A stretch of 64,000 bases of DNA from Promethearchaeota archaeon. GTDB taxonomy: Archaea; Asgardarchaeota; Lokiarchaeia; Sigyniarchaeales; SOKP01. Numbering within the stretch: position 1 is the first letter of the stretch; every line of letters begins with the position of its first letter. The notes beneath the pieces were generated by a model, which was not told the origin of the DNA, ran no database searches, and was given only the letters and a program-made list of their open reading frames with translations. Both the position numbers and the translations under genes were made by a program. The stretch is from assembly GCA_018238625.1 (NCBI GenBank), contig JABCSY010000003.1:23897-87896 (forward strand), in the 5' to 3' direction. Positions 18,963 through 28,791 of the stretch are shown here, piece after piece.

Positions 18963-20513
18963 CTAAAAGTCGTGTTTATCGATAACAATAGACAAAACGT
19001 CTTTTAACAGAGAGAAACTCCTTCTATTCTTTATTAATGTATATGGGGGTATTTCAGGATATACTTGAAAATATTGGGGGGTTTTCAGCAATTTAACAAC
19101 TCTTAAGATCGAAAACAAAGAAGCTTTGTGAAAATTGATAAGAAAAGTGCTTAAAAAGGTCTTAATAAGGAATTTATCTACTTTAAAAACTGTTGTAATA
19201 AAACCAAATTTTTCAGAAACGCTTAACCTAATTGATTCAAGCGACTCTCGATTAACTTTTGAAAGAAAATTTTTATCGCTAATATATTCAAGCTTATTTA
19301 TTGCCCCATTTTCAATTCTCACGAGCATAAGATTATTTGAATTTGGAGTTTTTTTTATTTGCTCAGTTAAGATAATTAAAATATTAGCATTTAGTCCGAT
19401 ATAAGTATCGAAAAGCCCGAAAATAAAGTCCGGTATAGCCCAATGAGAAAGTTTCTTTAGATTGAGATTGATTCCAAAAAGTCTAATTAAAAACCTAACT
19501 AATGTATTGGATATTATTGGCTTGGGAACCATATTCCAATATAAATCGTAACTTCTAATTCCGTACAAAAGCTTTTGGAAGATTAATCTTACTTTCTCTT
19601 TGCTTGGGGGAACTTCCATTTCAAATAATTCCGAAAGAAAAATGAGGAGAGAACTTTGGTCTATGCTAAGTACTTTATCAGTTTTAAAATCAGCTTGAAG
19701 GCCCTTTAAATCGGGTAAGAGGTTTTGCTCGTTAAAATTATATTTTTCGCTTTCTAACAAATTTAAATTGAGTTCAATTTCGGGATGTAGAGATTTTGTA
19801 TTTTCCTTTTTAATTTTTAGCAAGATTGGCAAATTATTGGAATTTATTATAAATAAAGCGTTAAATGAAGGGATTACGCTTTCAATGAATTCAAAGACTT
19901 TTGAGAATTTAATGCCTTCCAGTAAACTAACGCTACTTTTCAAAAATCTTAAAATATTTGGTTCTGGGTAAATAAAAATTAATTCTTGCTCTAATAAAAT
20001 TTGAATTATATTTAAGAAACTCTGAATAAATTCGTAATATGTGGACTTGGTCAATCTTTCGCAGTGACTATTCATTAAATCAATGGTTCTTTTTTTTAAC
20101 AATCTTACACAAGAAATCTTTATCCCGTGGTCTTTTTGTATAATTGATTGAATTCTATTGAAGAGTACATCCAGGTTGCGTAAATCATCTTGCTTAATTT
20201 CGATAGATTCTTTAGGAAGGCCTTTAATTCCCGCATGTATTCCTGGTTTAGTCGTTTCATACAAGTAAAGTCCAAAAACGATGTTATCAAGCTCGAAATC
20301 CGATATTACTATATCAAGAATGTTTTGTTGGTCGTTTATGAATTTTGGATATAAGAGCTCAAACAAGCGATACAAAAGGAAGGGATTGACTTCGTTTGGT
20401 GTTAAGGGGATTCTTACCGTTTCTTTTAACTCTTTTGGGTCTTCAATTATATTTACTTTTGAGTTAAACTTTAAGATTTTTAGCCAGTTTTCTTTGAAAA
20501 TTTGATTTATCAT
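18963..20513 (-). CDS. Hypothetical protein
   Basis: 516-aa ORF with no recognised motif. Confidence 0.7.
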   Translation of the reverse strand: MINQIFKENWLKILKFNSKVNIIEDPKELKETVRIPLTPNEVNPFLLYRLFELLYPKFINDQQNILDIVISDFELDNIVFGLYLYETTKPGIHAGIKGLPKESIEIKQDDLRNLDVLFNRIQSIIQKDHGIKISCVRLLKKRTIDLMNSHCERLTKSTYYEFIQSFLNIIQILLEQELIFIYPEPNILRFLKSSVSLLEGIKFSKVFEFIESVIPSFNALFIINSNNLPILLKIKKENTKSLHPEIELNLNLLESEKYNFNEQNLLPDLKGLQADFKTDKVLSIDQSSLLIFLSELFEMEVPPSKEKVRLIFQKLLYGIRSYDLYWNMVPKPIISNTLVRFLIRLFGINLNLKKLSHWAIPDFIFGLFDTYIGLNANILIILTEQIKKTPNSNNLMLVRIENGAINKLEYISDKNFLSKVNRESLESIRLSVSEKFGFITTVFKVDKFLIKTFLSTFLINFHKASLFSILRVVKLLKTPQYFQVYPEIPPYTLIKNRRSFSLLKDVLSIVIDKHDF

Positions 20514-20529
20514 AGGGAATTTAATCTCT

Positions 20530-21939
20530 CTATTTAGTTTTTTTGTCTGTCTCTTGATTATAATATGTTTTTATTAGATTATTAAAAAAGAATAAATTTG
20601 GGACTTGTGATTTTCCGTAATATCTGATAAGAGTATTTAAGCAATCAATTCTACTTGGAGGACATCCTGGAAGTTCGACAATCTTTTTGTTCACTTTTTC
20701 TTTAATTTTGGCTTTATCTTGAGCTTTTGAATCTTTTTTTAGCTTTTTTTTAGCAGTTTCCAAGTAATCTTTGCTATTTGTAATAATGATTTTTCTAAAC
20801 TCACGATTCTCTGTGCTTTCAATAGCACAATCTCCAAACAGAATAATATTTTCTAAAGATTCCGGTTTTGAAGGCTTTTCTCCGATTAAGAAGGATTGTT
20901 TTATTATGTATTTTAAATCTTTTGTCATGTGAGTTTTCATTAGATTCAATAGATGATACGCTTCATTGAAGCATCCAGAGCAAAGGCGCCCCGATTTCAC
21001 ATATGTATTTTTAAAATTAATATCTTCTAATTTACTCACGCAAAAATCAACGGTTAACTTGATAGCTTCAAGATTTTCGCCTATTAACTTAATATTAGAT
21101 ATATCAGTTATTCCTAAGCTTCTATTACGCGCTTCTAAGAGGATATCACTGCTTAATAAATCAATCTCTAACAATCTTAAAGTAGTTAAATCAACTGCTA
21201 CCGCGTCATTTCCTACCACAATTAAATTTGTCCGCATTAAATTAGAATCTTTGTAGATAAACGGTCCAGCGCCTTCTAAAAGGTAGAACAGATCGTTTAT
21301 AACTAGACTTGGCTTTTTAACGCTGAAAACATTAAGGATGTTAGTAATTAAATCTTGTTTGTATTGATCTAAATGTAGGTAATCTTTTCCACTTCTTACA
21401 TTTTTTTGAATTTTTTGAAATTGATTAGACACAAGAGAATAGGAGTTTAGTAACGATATCGTGCATTTAAACAGAGGATCTACGCTAACTTGGTTCAACA
21501 AGATTAACCTATCAGATTCAAGTATTACTTTTGGAAATTCTATAGTTTTTCCACTTATCTCAACGGATTTTAAAGGGTATTTGTTTTGATCGTCTAAAAA
21601 TACAAATTCTGCCCCCAAGTTTTCTATATACGACTGAATCCCTAAAGTTTTAGCAATCGAATCAGTTTTTAATCCATTAAAGGGATAACTCCCAACAAAA
21701 ATCTTTTTCGCTTCTGCTTCTTTGCATAAATTTATTATAGTTTTAATTGTATCAAAATTAGTATTAACGGGGAAACCACTGGGCGTTCTTAAATTTATTT
21801 TAACGAAAACTTGATCTCCCTTTTCTACGAATCCCGAAATTCCGCCAAGTTTTTCGACTCCGTCGGTTATTGCTTCACTTGGACTACTACTTTTAATAAT
21901 TGCAACTTCTGTACTATTCATATTAGAGTTCTCTATCAC
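20530..21939 (-). CDS. DUF362 domain Fe-S protein
   Basis: GDQVFVKINL, LEGAGP, DAVAVD, CSGC, GDC and GCPP motifs. Confidence 0.8.
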   Translation of the reverse strand: MIENSNMNSTEVAIIKSSSPSEAITDGVEKLGGISGFVEKGDQVFVKINLRTPSGFPVNTNFDTIKTIINLCKEAEAKKIFVGSYPFNGLKTDSIAKTLGIQSYIENLGAEFVFLDDQNKYPLKSVEISGKTIEFPKVILESDRLILLNQVSVDPLFKCTISLLNSYSLVSNQFQKIQKNVRSGKDYLHLDQYKQDLITNILNVFSVKKPSLVINDLFYLLEGAGPFIYKDSNLMRTNLIVVGNDAVAVDLTTLRLLEIDLLSSDILLEARNRSLGITDISNIKLIGENLEAIKLTVDFCVSKLEDINFKNTYVKSGRLCSGCFNEAYHLLNLMKTHMTKDLKYIIKQSFLIGEKPSKPESLENIILFGDCAIESTENREFRKIIITNSKDYLETAKKKLKKDSKAQDKAKIKEKVNKKIVELPGCPPSRIDCLNTLIRYYGKSQVPNLFFFNNLIKTYYNQETDKKTK

Positions 21940-22001
21940 AAAATATTAAAATTAAATAATTAAATAAATCTTTATTAAAATAATAAGAATGGTTAAATAT
22001 T

Positions 22002-22883
22002 TTGAAGCAATTTGAATTAAAGGTTCGGTTAGAACATCCAGAAATAAATATTTCTTCCGATATTGTAGGAATAGATATCGGTCAAAGCTTAACCAAGGTT
22101 GCGTACCGTAAAGAAAACGAGATCGCGCTATCTATAAGCCAAACGGGGTCAGATTTTCGTGAATTAATCGAATTTTTAGATTTTAATAAAAAAAAATTTA
22201 AAGTTATTAATTTCACTGGAGGAAAGGCTTTTTCGCTATATAAGAGATATTCTAACGAGACTAAAACTAATTTAATTAACGAATTTGAAGCAAATATAGA
22301 AGGATTGGAGTTTCTTTACAAACATTCTAAAAACAGGCCTCTCCCAGCTTCAATAGTAGTTACTATAGGGACTGGAACATCAATCGTGCTAAAAAGCGAT
22401 AATGTTGAACATATAGGAGGTTCTGCCATGGGTGGAGGTTTATTCATGGGACTCATTAAATTATTATTTAATATAAATGACTATTTTGATGCAATTGATC
22501 TTGCTCGTAAGGGGAATCGATTTAACATTGATTTGAAAGTAGCTGACATTTACGATATTGAAGATACTAGAGTTGATAAACTATTTAGAGAATTTACAGC
22601 AGCTTCTTTAGGCAAGATTAAAAAAGATTTTGACATCAAATCGTTAAAAAAGGAAGATCTAATTAATTCCCTAATTGGAATTATTGGAGAAAACATTGGA
22701 ACGATTGCTACTCTTATGGCTGATAATTATAATGTGAAAAATATTGTTTTCTGTGGAGGCTTCCTGATAGGGAATAAAACTGTAAAACAAATTCTATCAT
22801 TACTTTGTAAACTCAAGAGGAAAAAACCAATCTTTATTGAAAATTCAGAATATAGTGGGGCTATTGGAGCTCTTATTTTATGA
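22002..22883 (+). CDS. coaW: Type II pantothenate kinase (Fumble domain)
   Basis: GIDIGQSLTK, TGG, NEF, TIGTGTSI, IGGSAMGGGLFMGL, DLKVADIY, AASLGK and YSGAIGA motifs. Confidence 0.88.
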   Translation: MKQFELKVRLEHPEINISSDIVGIDIGQSLTKVAYRKENEIALSISQTGSDFRELIEFLDFNKKKFKVINFTGGKAFSLYKRYSNETKTNLINEFEANIEGLEFLYKHSKNRPLPASIVVTIGTGTSIVLKSDNVEHIGGSAMGGGLFMGLIKLLFNINDYFDAIDLARKGNRFNIDLKVADIYDIEDTRVDKLFREFTAASLGKIKKDFDIKSLKKEDLINSLIGIIGENIGTIATLMADNYNVKNIVFCGGFLIGNKTVKQILSLLCKLKRKKPIFIENSEYSGAIGALIL

Positions 22884-22928
22884 GTTCTAATAAAAATAAA
22901 AATAGAATAAAAAAAAAATAAGTGTTAA

Positions 22929-24482
22929 TTATATTTTTCGCTTCTTATATATTACAAGCCCGATAATGCTAATAGCTATAAATAGCAAGTAAAAATTCCC
23001 GAAAGGAATACCCCCCGGACTACTAGTGGGAGGGACAGGTATAGCAAAATTTACATACATTATTTCATAATCTGTACCCCACACGCCATTAGTGCCATCT
23101 TCCCAGACCACATGAACTTGATTTGCACTAATAACAATCGTTGGATCGCGGCTATGACCATCGTTCCAGAAAACACCGTTATAACCGTCTGAAAGTATAG
23201 TTATATTTGACCAGCAGTTTATCTTTGTGGAATTGGCATACATTATTTCGTCATCTGTACCCCACACACCGTCAGTGTTATCGTACCATACTACATGAAC
23301 TGAGTTGCTACGATCAACAACGATTTTGGGGTTATAACTATGTCCATCGTTCCAATAGCTGCCATTATATCCGTCAGAGATTATTATAGGTAATAACCAT
23401 CCTAAATCAGATGAGAAATAAGCATACATTATTTCATAATCTGTACCCCACACACCAGCAGTGCTATCGCACCATACTACATGAACAGCGTTGCTACGAT
23501 CAACAGCGATTGCTGGGTTAGTACTACCACCATCGTTCCAGTAAATATCGTTTAATCCATCAGAAATTACGGTGGCATTAGACCATCCTGTTGTGGTTGT
23601 ATATGTAACAAGCATTATTTCGATATCTATACCCCACACACCGTTAGTATGATCTTCCCAAACTACATAAACTTTATCGCTACTATCAATAGCGATTGCT
23701 GGATCGTAACTACCACCATCGTTCCAGTAAATATCGTTTAACCCATCAGAAATTACGGTGGCATTAGACCATCCTGTTGCGGTTGTATACATAGCATACA
23801 TTATTTCGAAATCTGTACCCCACGCACCGTCAGTATTATCGTGCCATACTACGTGAACTTGATTGCTACTATCAACAGCGATTGCTGGATTGAAACTGTT
23901 ACCCTCGTTCCAGTAACTGCCACCATAACCATCTGAGATTACGGTGACATTGGACCATCCTGTTGCGGTTGTATACGTAGCATACATTATTTCGATATCT
24001 GTACCCCACACACCGTCAGTATAATCGTACCATACTACATGAATAGCATTGCTACTATCAACAGCAATTGCTGGATCCCAACTACCGCCATTGTTCCAGT
24101 AAGTACCATTATAACCGTCTGAAATTACGGTGGCATTGGACCACCCTGAAGAATCTGTGTATGTAGCATGCATTATTTCGATATCTGTACCCCACACACC
24201 GTCAGTATAATCTTGCCATACTAAGTGAATTTTGTCGCTACTATCAACAGCGATTGCCGGATCGTAACTACCTGCATCGTTCCAGTAACTACTATTAAAT
24301 CCATCAGAAACCACAGTAGCGTTAGAAAAATCCACCGCACTTGATTTAAGATCGTAATTATTATAAGTGCTAGAAGAAGCTATTGTAGGATTTAACGCAA
24401 CTACCAAGAGCCCACAGAAGAAGAATTGCAATATTATAAAATATGTTATTAAAGTTTTTTTTTTCATTGTTTTTTTAACCAT
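22929..24482 (-). CDS. Secreted, C-terminally anchored repeat protein, probable 7-bladed beta-propeller
   Basis: Signal peptide, seven ~62-aa repeats, and a C-terminal IPFGNFYLLF TM segment followed by KKRK. Confidence 0.85.
   Translation of the reverse strand: MVKKTMKKKTLITYFIILQFFFCGLLVVALNPTIASSSTYNNYDLKSSAVDFSNATVVSDGFNSSYWNDAGSYDPAIAVDSSDKIHLVWQDYTDGVWGTDIEIMHATYTDSSGWSNATVISDGYNGTYWNNGGSWDPAIAVDSSNAIHVVWYDYTDGVWGTDIEIMYATYTTATGWSNVTVISDGYGGSYWNEGNSFNPAIAVDSSNQVHVVWHDNTDGAWGTDFEIMYAMYTTATGWSNATVISDGLNDIYWNDGGSYDPAIAIDSSDKVYVVWEDHTNGVWGIDIEIMLVTYTTTTGWSNATVISDGLNDIYWNDGGSTNPAIAVDRSNAVHVVWCDSTAGVWGTDYEIMYAYFSSDLGWLLPIIISDGYNGSYWNDGHSYNPKIVVDRSNSVHVVWYDNTDGVWGTDDEIMYANSTKINCWSNITILSDGYNGVFWNDGHSRDPTIVISANQVHVVWEDGTNGVWGTDYEIMYVNFAIPVPPTSSPGGIPFGNFYLLFIAISIIGLVIYKKRKI
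23050..24330 (-). repeat. Seven intragenic ~186-bp tandem repeats (boundaries approximate)
   Basis: Recurring gtaccccacac, tcgttccag and gaaattacggtggcatt motifs at ~186-bp spacing. Unit: WSNATVISDG..YWND..S..PAIAVD...HVVW.D.T.GVWGTD.EIMY. Confidence 0.85.
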
Positions 24483-24718
24483 TTAAAATTTGGATAATGG
24501 TAAAGAAATAACATTCATATTTAAAACAATTTAATTCAATATAAATAGAAAAAACAATCAGACTTAAGATAAAGCGTGCCCATGGGAGATATCTATTCAT
24601 TGATATTTAGTTATAAAACTACTCTCATAGATACACTATAATGGGCACAAGAACTATAAGTAACTATAATTTTTATAGTTTTAAATTAGAACAAAAACTC
24701 AGTGTGGAACAATACAGT

Positions 24719-25366
24719 TTAGATAGATTTAGAGTGTTTTTTTAGCATATCTTCGTTTGTTCGACCCATTTTGATCGCTAGCTCCGCTATAATTGCGTCT
24801 AAGTACACAAATGCGGCAATCTCGAACATTGTACCTTCGGGAGTTAGAATAGCAGTGTCGTCGTGAAGATCGACTTTATCTCTTTTAGTTCTTCCCTTTA
24901 ATTTTATAGTGATATCCCCAATTCGCCCTATTATCGTTTCAGGATGGGAAGTAATACTAATAATCCCATAAGGTTTAACAGTATTTACGTAATTTTTAAG
25001 TAAACTTACAACAATCGCAGTTGTACCTGACCCGGAGAGAACGATTAGAATATCCTCGTTCGAAAGAGCAGGAATAGAACCTAAATTGGTAACCATGTAA
25101 ACTTCGGCTCCAAGATGCACTAATCTAGTGGCAAAGCATTGTAAAATGAAAGCTGAACGCCCGCTTGCTAATAAGAAAAATTTTCGCTTTTGTACTAATC
25201 CATCATAGACTAAATTAATAAATTTTTGAGTGTGCGAGAAATATTTGGCTTTACTCAAATGTTCCATGTTGGATTTAAGGTTTCCCAGTATCACATCCAT
25301 AGATTGAAAGAGTATCTGTCTTTCTTTCCCATTTAGCCTTTGCTCGTTTCTAACTTTATCAGCCAT
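24719..25366 (-). CDS. hxlB: 6-phospho-3-hexuloisomerase (SIS domain)
   Basis: SGRS, FATRLVHLG, SGSGTT and PEGTMFE motifs. Confidence 0.85.
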   Translation of the reverse strand: MADKVRNEQRLNGKERQILFQSMDVILGNLKSNMEHLSKAKYFSHTQKFINLVYDGLVQKRKFFLLASGRSAFILQCFATRLVHLGAEVYMVTNLGSIPALSNEDILIVLSGSGTTAIVVSLLKNYVNTVKPYGIISITSHPETIIGRIGDITIKLKGRTKRDKVDLHDDTAILTPEGTMFEIAAFVYLDAIIAELAIKMGRTNEDMLKKHSKSI

Positions 25367-25545
25367 ATTTAATCAAAAATAACATTGTTAGAGAGATATA
25401 TTAAATAAGTTAAGATTTAAAAAATACATTTCGGTTAATTGTATTTTTGTTTTAATTCTTTTAAATCCCATTTATCAAGGGATTAATTCAATGATTATAC
25501 AGAAATTTATTTAAATACACCAAATTAACGCTTTAAAAAATTTGG

Positions 25546-25602
25546 AATTTAGGTGATGAATGGGAAATCTTAGGTAATAGTGATGCTACTGAACCTTAAA
25601 TT
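25546..25602 (+). ncRNA. Candidate short box C/D sRNA
   Basis: Intergenic C box GTGATGA (25553-25559) and D box CTGA (25589-25592) with complementary flanks AATTTAGG / CCTTAAATT. Shorter than a typical dual-guide sRNA. Confidence 0.3.
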
Positions 25603-25669
25603 TTAAAAAATTATCTTTTTTTTTATCACATTAGCATTTTAAATTTTAAAAAACATTAATATCGTACTA

Positions 25670-26416
25670 ATGAAAAAAGATATTTCGATTAAGCAAATAG
25701 TAATGTTATTTTTAAGAAAGTTTTTATTAATTTTTTTTTCAGTTTGGTCGTATATTCCTATAATTGTAGGAATATTACTTCCAATGTTAATAATTTTACC
25801 CATAGCTTATGCTTCATGGATCATTCCTTCTTTACTACCAGGAGAATTACTTTTTGATGCGTATATTCCAATCTCCATAGAATACCCTTTCCAGTATGTA
25901 TGTATTCTTGCGATAGAAATCATCATTTTCATAGGAGGGTTTTTTTTGTTTTTATTAGGATTATGCCATCTTACGAAAGGGAAGAAGCAGAAAGCATCAA
26001 TTGTAACTACAGGAATATATCATTATTTCCGGCATCCTCAAAATTTGGGTATTGGTCTAATCGCTTTACCATTAGCGCTTTATATTCCTGGATTTAATGA
26101 TTTAGGGATACGTATAGGTGAAATTTTTTCGTGGCTCCTTTTTACTTTTATTCTTACCATTTATTCAAACCTAGAAGAACAAATTCTTATTGATAAATTT
26201 CCAGAAGAATATTCAACCTATCAACATCTCACAGGATTTTTTCTGCCAAAACTCCACTTTCGAAGGAAAAATTTATCCAAAAAAACAATGTTTATGACAA
26301 CTCAAAAGCGTTATATTTTTCTCTTTCTGAGTTATCTTATTTCAGTAATTTCAGTATTTATTGTAATTGAATTAATGTTGGCATTAAAACTTATTACAAT
26401 TATATTATACTTCTAA
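25670..26416 (+). CDS. Isoprenylcysteine carboxyl methyltransferase / PEMT family membrane protein
   Basis: VTTGIYHYFRHPQNLG and EEQILIDKFPEEYSTY motifs. Confidence 0.85.
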   Translation: MKKDISIKQIVMLFLRKFLLIFFSVWSYIPIIVGILLPMLIILPIAYASWIIPSLLPGELLFDAYIPISIEYPFQYVCILAIEIIIFIGGFFLFLLGLCHLTKGKKQKASIVTTGIYHYFRHPQNLGIGLIALPLALYIPGFNDLGIRIGEIFSWLLFTFILTIYSNLEEQILIDKFPEEYSTYQHLTGFFLPKLHFRRKNLSKKTMFMTTQKRYIFLFLSYLISVISVFIVIELMLALKLITIILYF

Positions 26417-26418
26417 AC

Positions 26419-28791
26419 TCATCTTCTAAAATTTGAGCCATATAAATTGAAGAGATACCGATGAAGTTTGCTTCCATATTTAGCATATTCTTCCGCCCAA
26501 ATTCTTACTATGACATCATGAGTAACATATCTACCAATCAGTTCTTTACTTACAACTCTCATTTGTCTTGCTGAATAACCTTGACTAAATAACCAAATAA
26601 TTCTAGGTTTCCACCAATATTCATCTCTAGCGCGATAAAAATCCATGTTTAGTGTTTCAGGAATCCAACGGGTTACATGAAAGTGGTCCCATTCAAATAA
26701 GGTTTCAATTTCTTTTTTGTCATATCCTAAGCCAATTAATAGTTTCAACATTTCTTGATCTATTTCTTTGACTGATAATCCCGCATTAACCCAGTCTTGT
26801 AACAGAGATTCATCAATCTCTTTTTTATTTAGTAAGATCTTTTCAACTTCAGGATATAACCAATAAATTCTGTTAGCTTCTGGTAAGGAAATACCAAAAA
26901 CTTCATAAGATTTTTCATATAATGTTCTCTCTCCAATTTTAAGTCTGCTAGCCATATCAGTATAATGAAGTTGTTGGTGAATCAATTTGATAAATAAACT
27001 TTCATCCACTTCTATCCATTGAGAATGAGTTTTCCCTTTACGCGCATTCTTAATTCTTTTTTCACTCATTCTTTCATTATAAATATCATTTACTCCAAAT
27101 GCGTCTCTAGCTCCTGTGAACGTATTGAATCCTATAGATTTTAACATGGCGTATAAAGTAGCGTGATCAATTTCCATCTCCATTTTAATTTCAGATGTGG
27201 AAAAACCTTCTTTTATTAGTTTTTCAAATCTTACTAGATATTTGTGCTCAATTGTATCTATTTCAGATTTTGTTCTTAGAACAAAATGTCTAACTCTAGA
27301 ATTATAGATTTTTATTCCACCAAAATGGTTCCTAGCATCATCAATTGAATATATACCAAATTTCGCCCAAAATTCTTGAATTTTAGAATAGATAATTTGA
27401 TCAGGTACTCGAAATTCCATTGCTATCTCAGATATGAATAAACCCCGCCCTATTAAGTTTTTAAGTTCGCCTTCTTGAATAAAACTAAATACGACTGCGT
27501 TTTTATCACTTAATGTCAAACTTCTGTGAGTTCCTCCTCTTGTAACATTATATCCATAAAGTGGAACAATTTCGTTATCTTTAATTGCAAAATAATCTAA
27601 AACACACGATTTTCTTTTCTTAATTTCTTCTATTTCCATCTTATTTAATTCATCTTGATTCGAAGCGTAACTAATTAATTTGATAGTAAATTCATCATTT
27701 TCTGTCCTTGCGAAACTCTCACTCACTTTTGTAATTCTTAAATTATTATCTTTTTCTATATAATATTTTATCGCCTTTCTGAGATATTGATTACATGGGT
27801 CGCGTAAATGTTCTGCAAATCTAATAAAAATACCTCGTATTGTTTGCCCAATATATACTTTATTTGTTCTCTTATCAGTAAAAAGATATAATGCGCCATA
27901 GTTCTCGTCATTGACTGAAGGTTCTGTATGAACTGATGTAAGTAAGCCTTCGATATCAGATTTAGTAAATTTTTTGGTTATTCCTTCTTTGAAAAAATCA
28001 AAATAAGCAGAATAGCGGTCAAAAGCCGTAATTCGATTTTTCTTGGGATTTGTTCCTTCAGGAGAAAGTCCGAGGAGACATCTACAAGTTCCCATATTAA
28101 GGATGCGATCATAATATTTTTTCGTTTCAAAAAGTGATATTCTTCTCTCTCCTTCTAAGGCAAGTAGTTTAGTCTCTTCATTCGAGTACAGTCTTTGCCA
28201 AGTTTGAAGTGAATTTATTAGATCCTGAGAAAATGGTTTGAGTTTATTGATATCTGTGAGAATTTCTGAGTGAATTCGAAGATGCTTAAGGAGTCTTGTA
28301 TATTGTATAGTGATTTCTTGCATTCCATCTCTTATCGCTTGATGTACACTGTGTGTTTTCAAAGTTTTTTCACCCTTTAGTGTTTTTATTTGTTTTTTAG
28401 TCAGTTTTTTGAGATAAGCATTAGAAAGAGAATCCATGTAACGAGAAATTATCGGAGCACCCCTTCCAATGGTTATGCAGTATAACCAGCTGTAAATAAA
28501 CGATTGTAGGTCTTTAGGAAATTGTTTTTTAATTAAACTAAGTAAATTTTCAGGAGGAAGTCCTGCTTTATCAAATAAACAGGAGAGCGCAGCATCAATA
28601 AAAATACTAATCCTTTCATCTATATAAACTAATGGAGTGCCATGTTTTTTGCATTTTGGATATTTATTAAATCCAAAAAATCCAAATTTCAGTGGTTTGA
28701 CTCTTGTTAGCTCCTCACATCCAAATTTCGGACAGATTGCGATACGATCTCCTTTTAAAGATTTCCGATTTACTTGAGAATACGCCTTCAT
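26419..28791 (-). CDS. GIY-YIG endonuclease with N-terminal Cys/His-rich domain and C-terminal HTH-like repeats
   Basis: GALYLFTDKRTNKVYIGQT...RFAEH, catalytic-like E and YGYNVTRGG. N-terminal CPKFGC/CKKH. About 5 C-terminal repeats of L..LI..G....EI... Confidence 0.8.
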   Translation of the reverse strand: MKAYSQVNRKSLKGDRIAICPKFGCEELTRVKPLKFGFFGFNKYPKCKKHGTPLVYIDERISIFIDAALSCLFDKAGLPPENLLSLIKKQFPKDLQSFIYSWLYCITIGRGAPIISRYMDSLSNAYLKKLTKKQIKTLKGEKTLKTHSVHQAIRDGMQEITIQYTRLLKHLRIHSEILTDINKLKPFSQDLINSLQTWQRLYSNEETKLLALEGERRISLFETKKYYDRILNMGTCRCLLGLSPEGTNPKKNRITAFDRYSAYFDFFKEGITKKFTKSDIEGLLTSVHTEPSVNDENYGALYLFTDKRTNKVYIGQTIRGIFIRFAEHLRDPCNQYLRKAIKYYIEKDNNLRITKVSESFARTENDEFTIKLISYASNQDELNKMEIEEIKKRKSCVLDYFAIKDNEIVPLYGYNVTRGGTHRSLTLSDKNAVVFSFIQEGELKNLIGRGLFISEIAMEFRVPDQIIYSKIQEFWAKFGIYSIDDARNHFGGIKIYNSRVRHFVLRTKSEIDTIEHKYLVRFEKLIKEGFSTSEIKMEMEIDHATLYAMLKSIGFNTFTGARDAFGVNDIYNERMSEKRIKNARKGKTHSQWIEVDESLFIKLIHQQLHYTDMASRLKIGERTLYEKSYEVFGISLPEANRIYWLYPEVEKILLNKKEIDESLLQDWVNAGLSVKEIDQEMLKLLIGLGYDKKEIETLFEWDHFHVTRWIPETLNMDFYRARDEYWWKPRIIWLFSQGYSARQMRVVSKELIGRYVTHDVIVRIWAEEYAKYGSKLHRYLFNLYGSNFRR

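Noticed and set aside
23050-24330. CRISPR array
   Set aside because: The repeats are in-frame 186-bp coding units with no unique spacers, and there are no cas genes.
24576-24648. GTGCCCAT...ATGGGCAC inverted repeat as a MITE or structured RNA
   Set aside because: Only 8 bp long, single copy in the window, and no target-site duplication evident.
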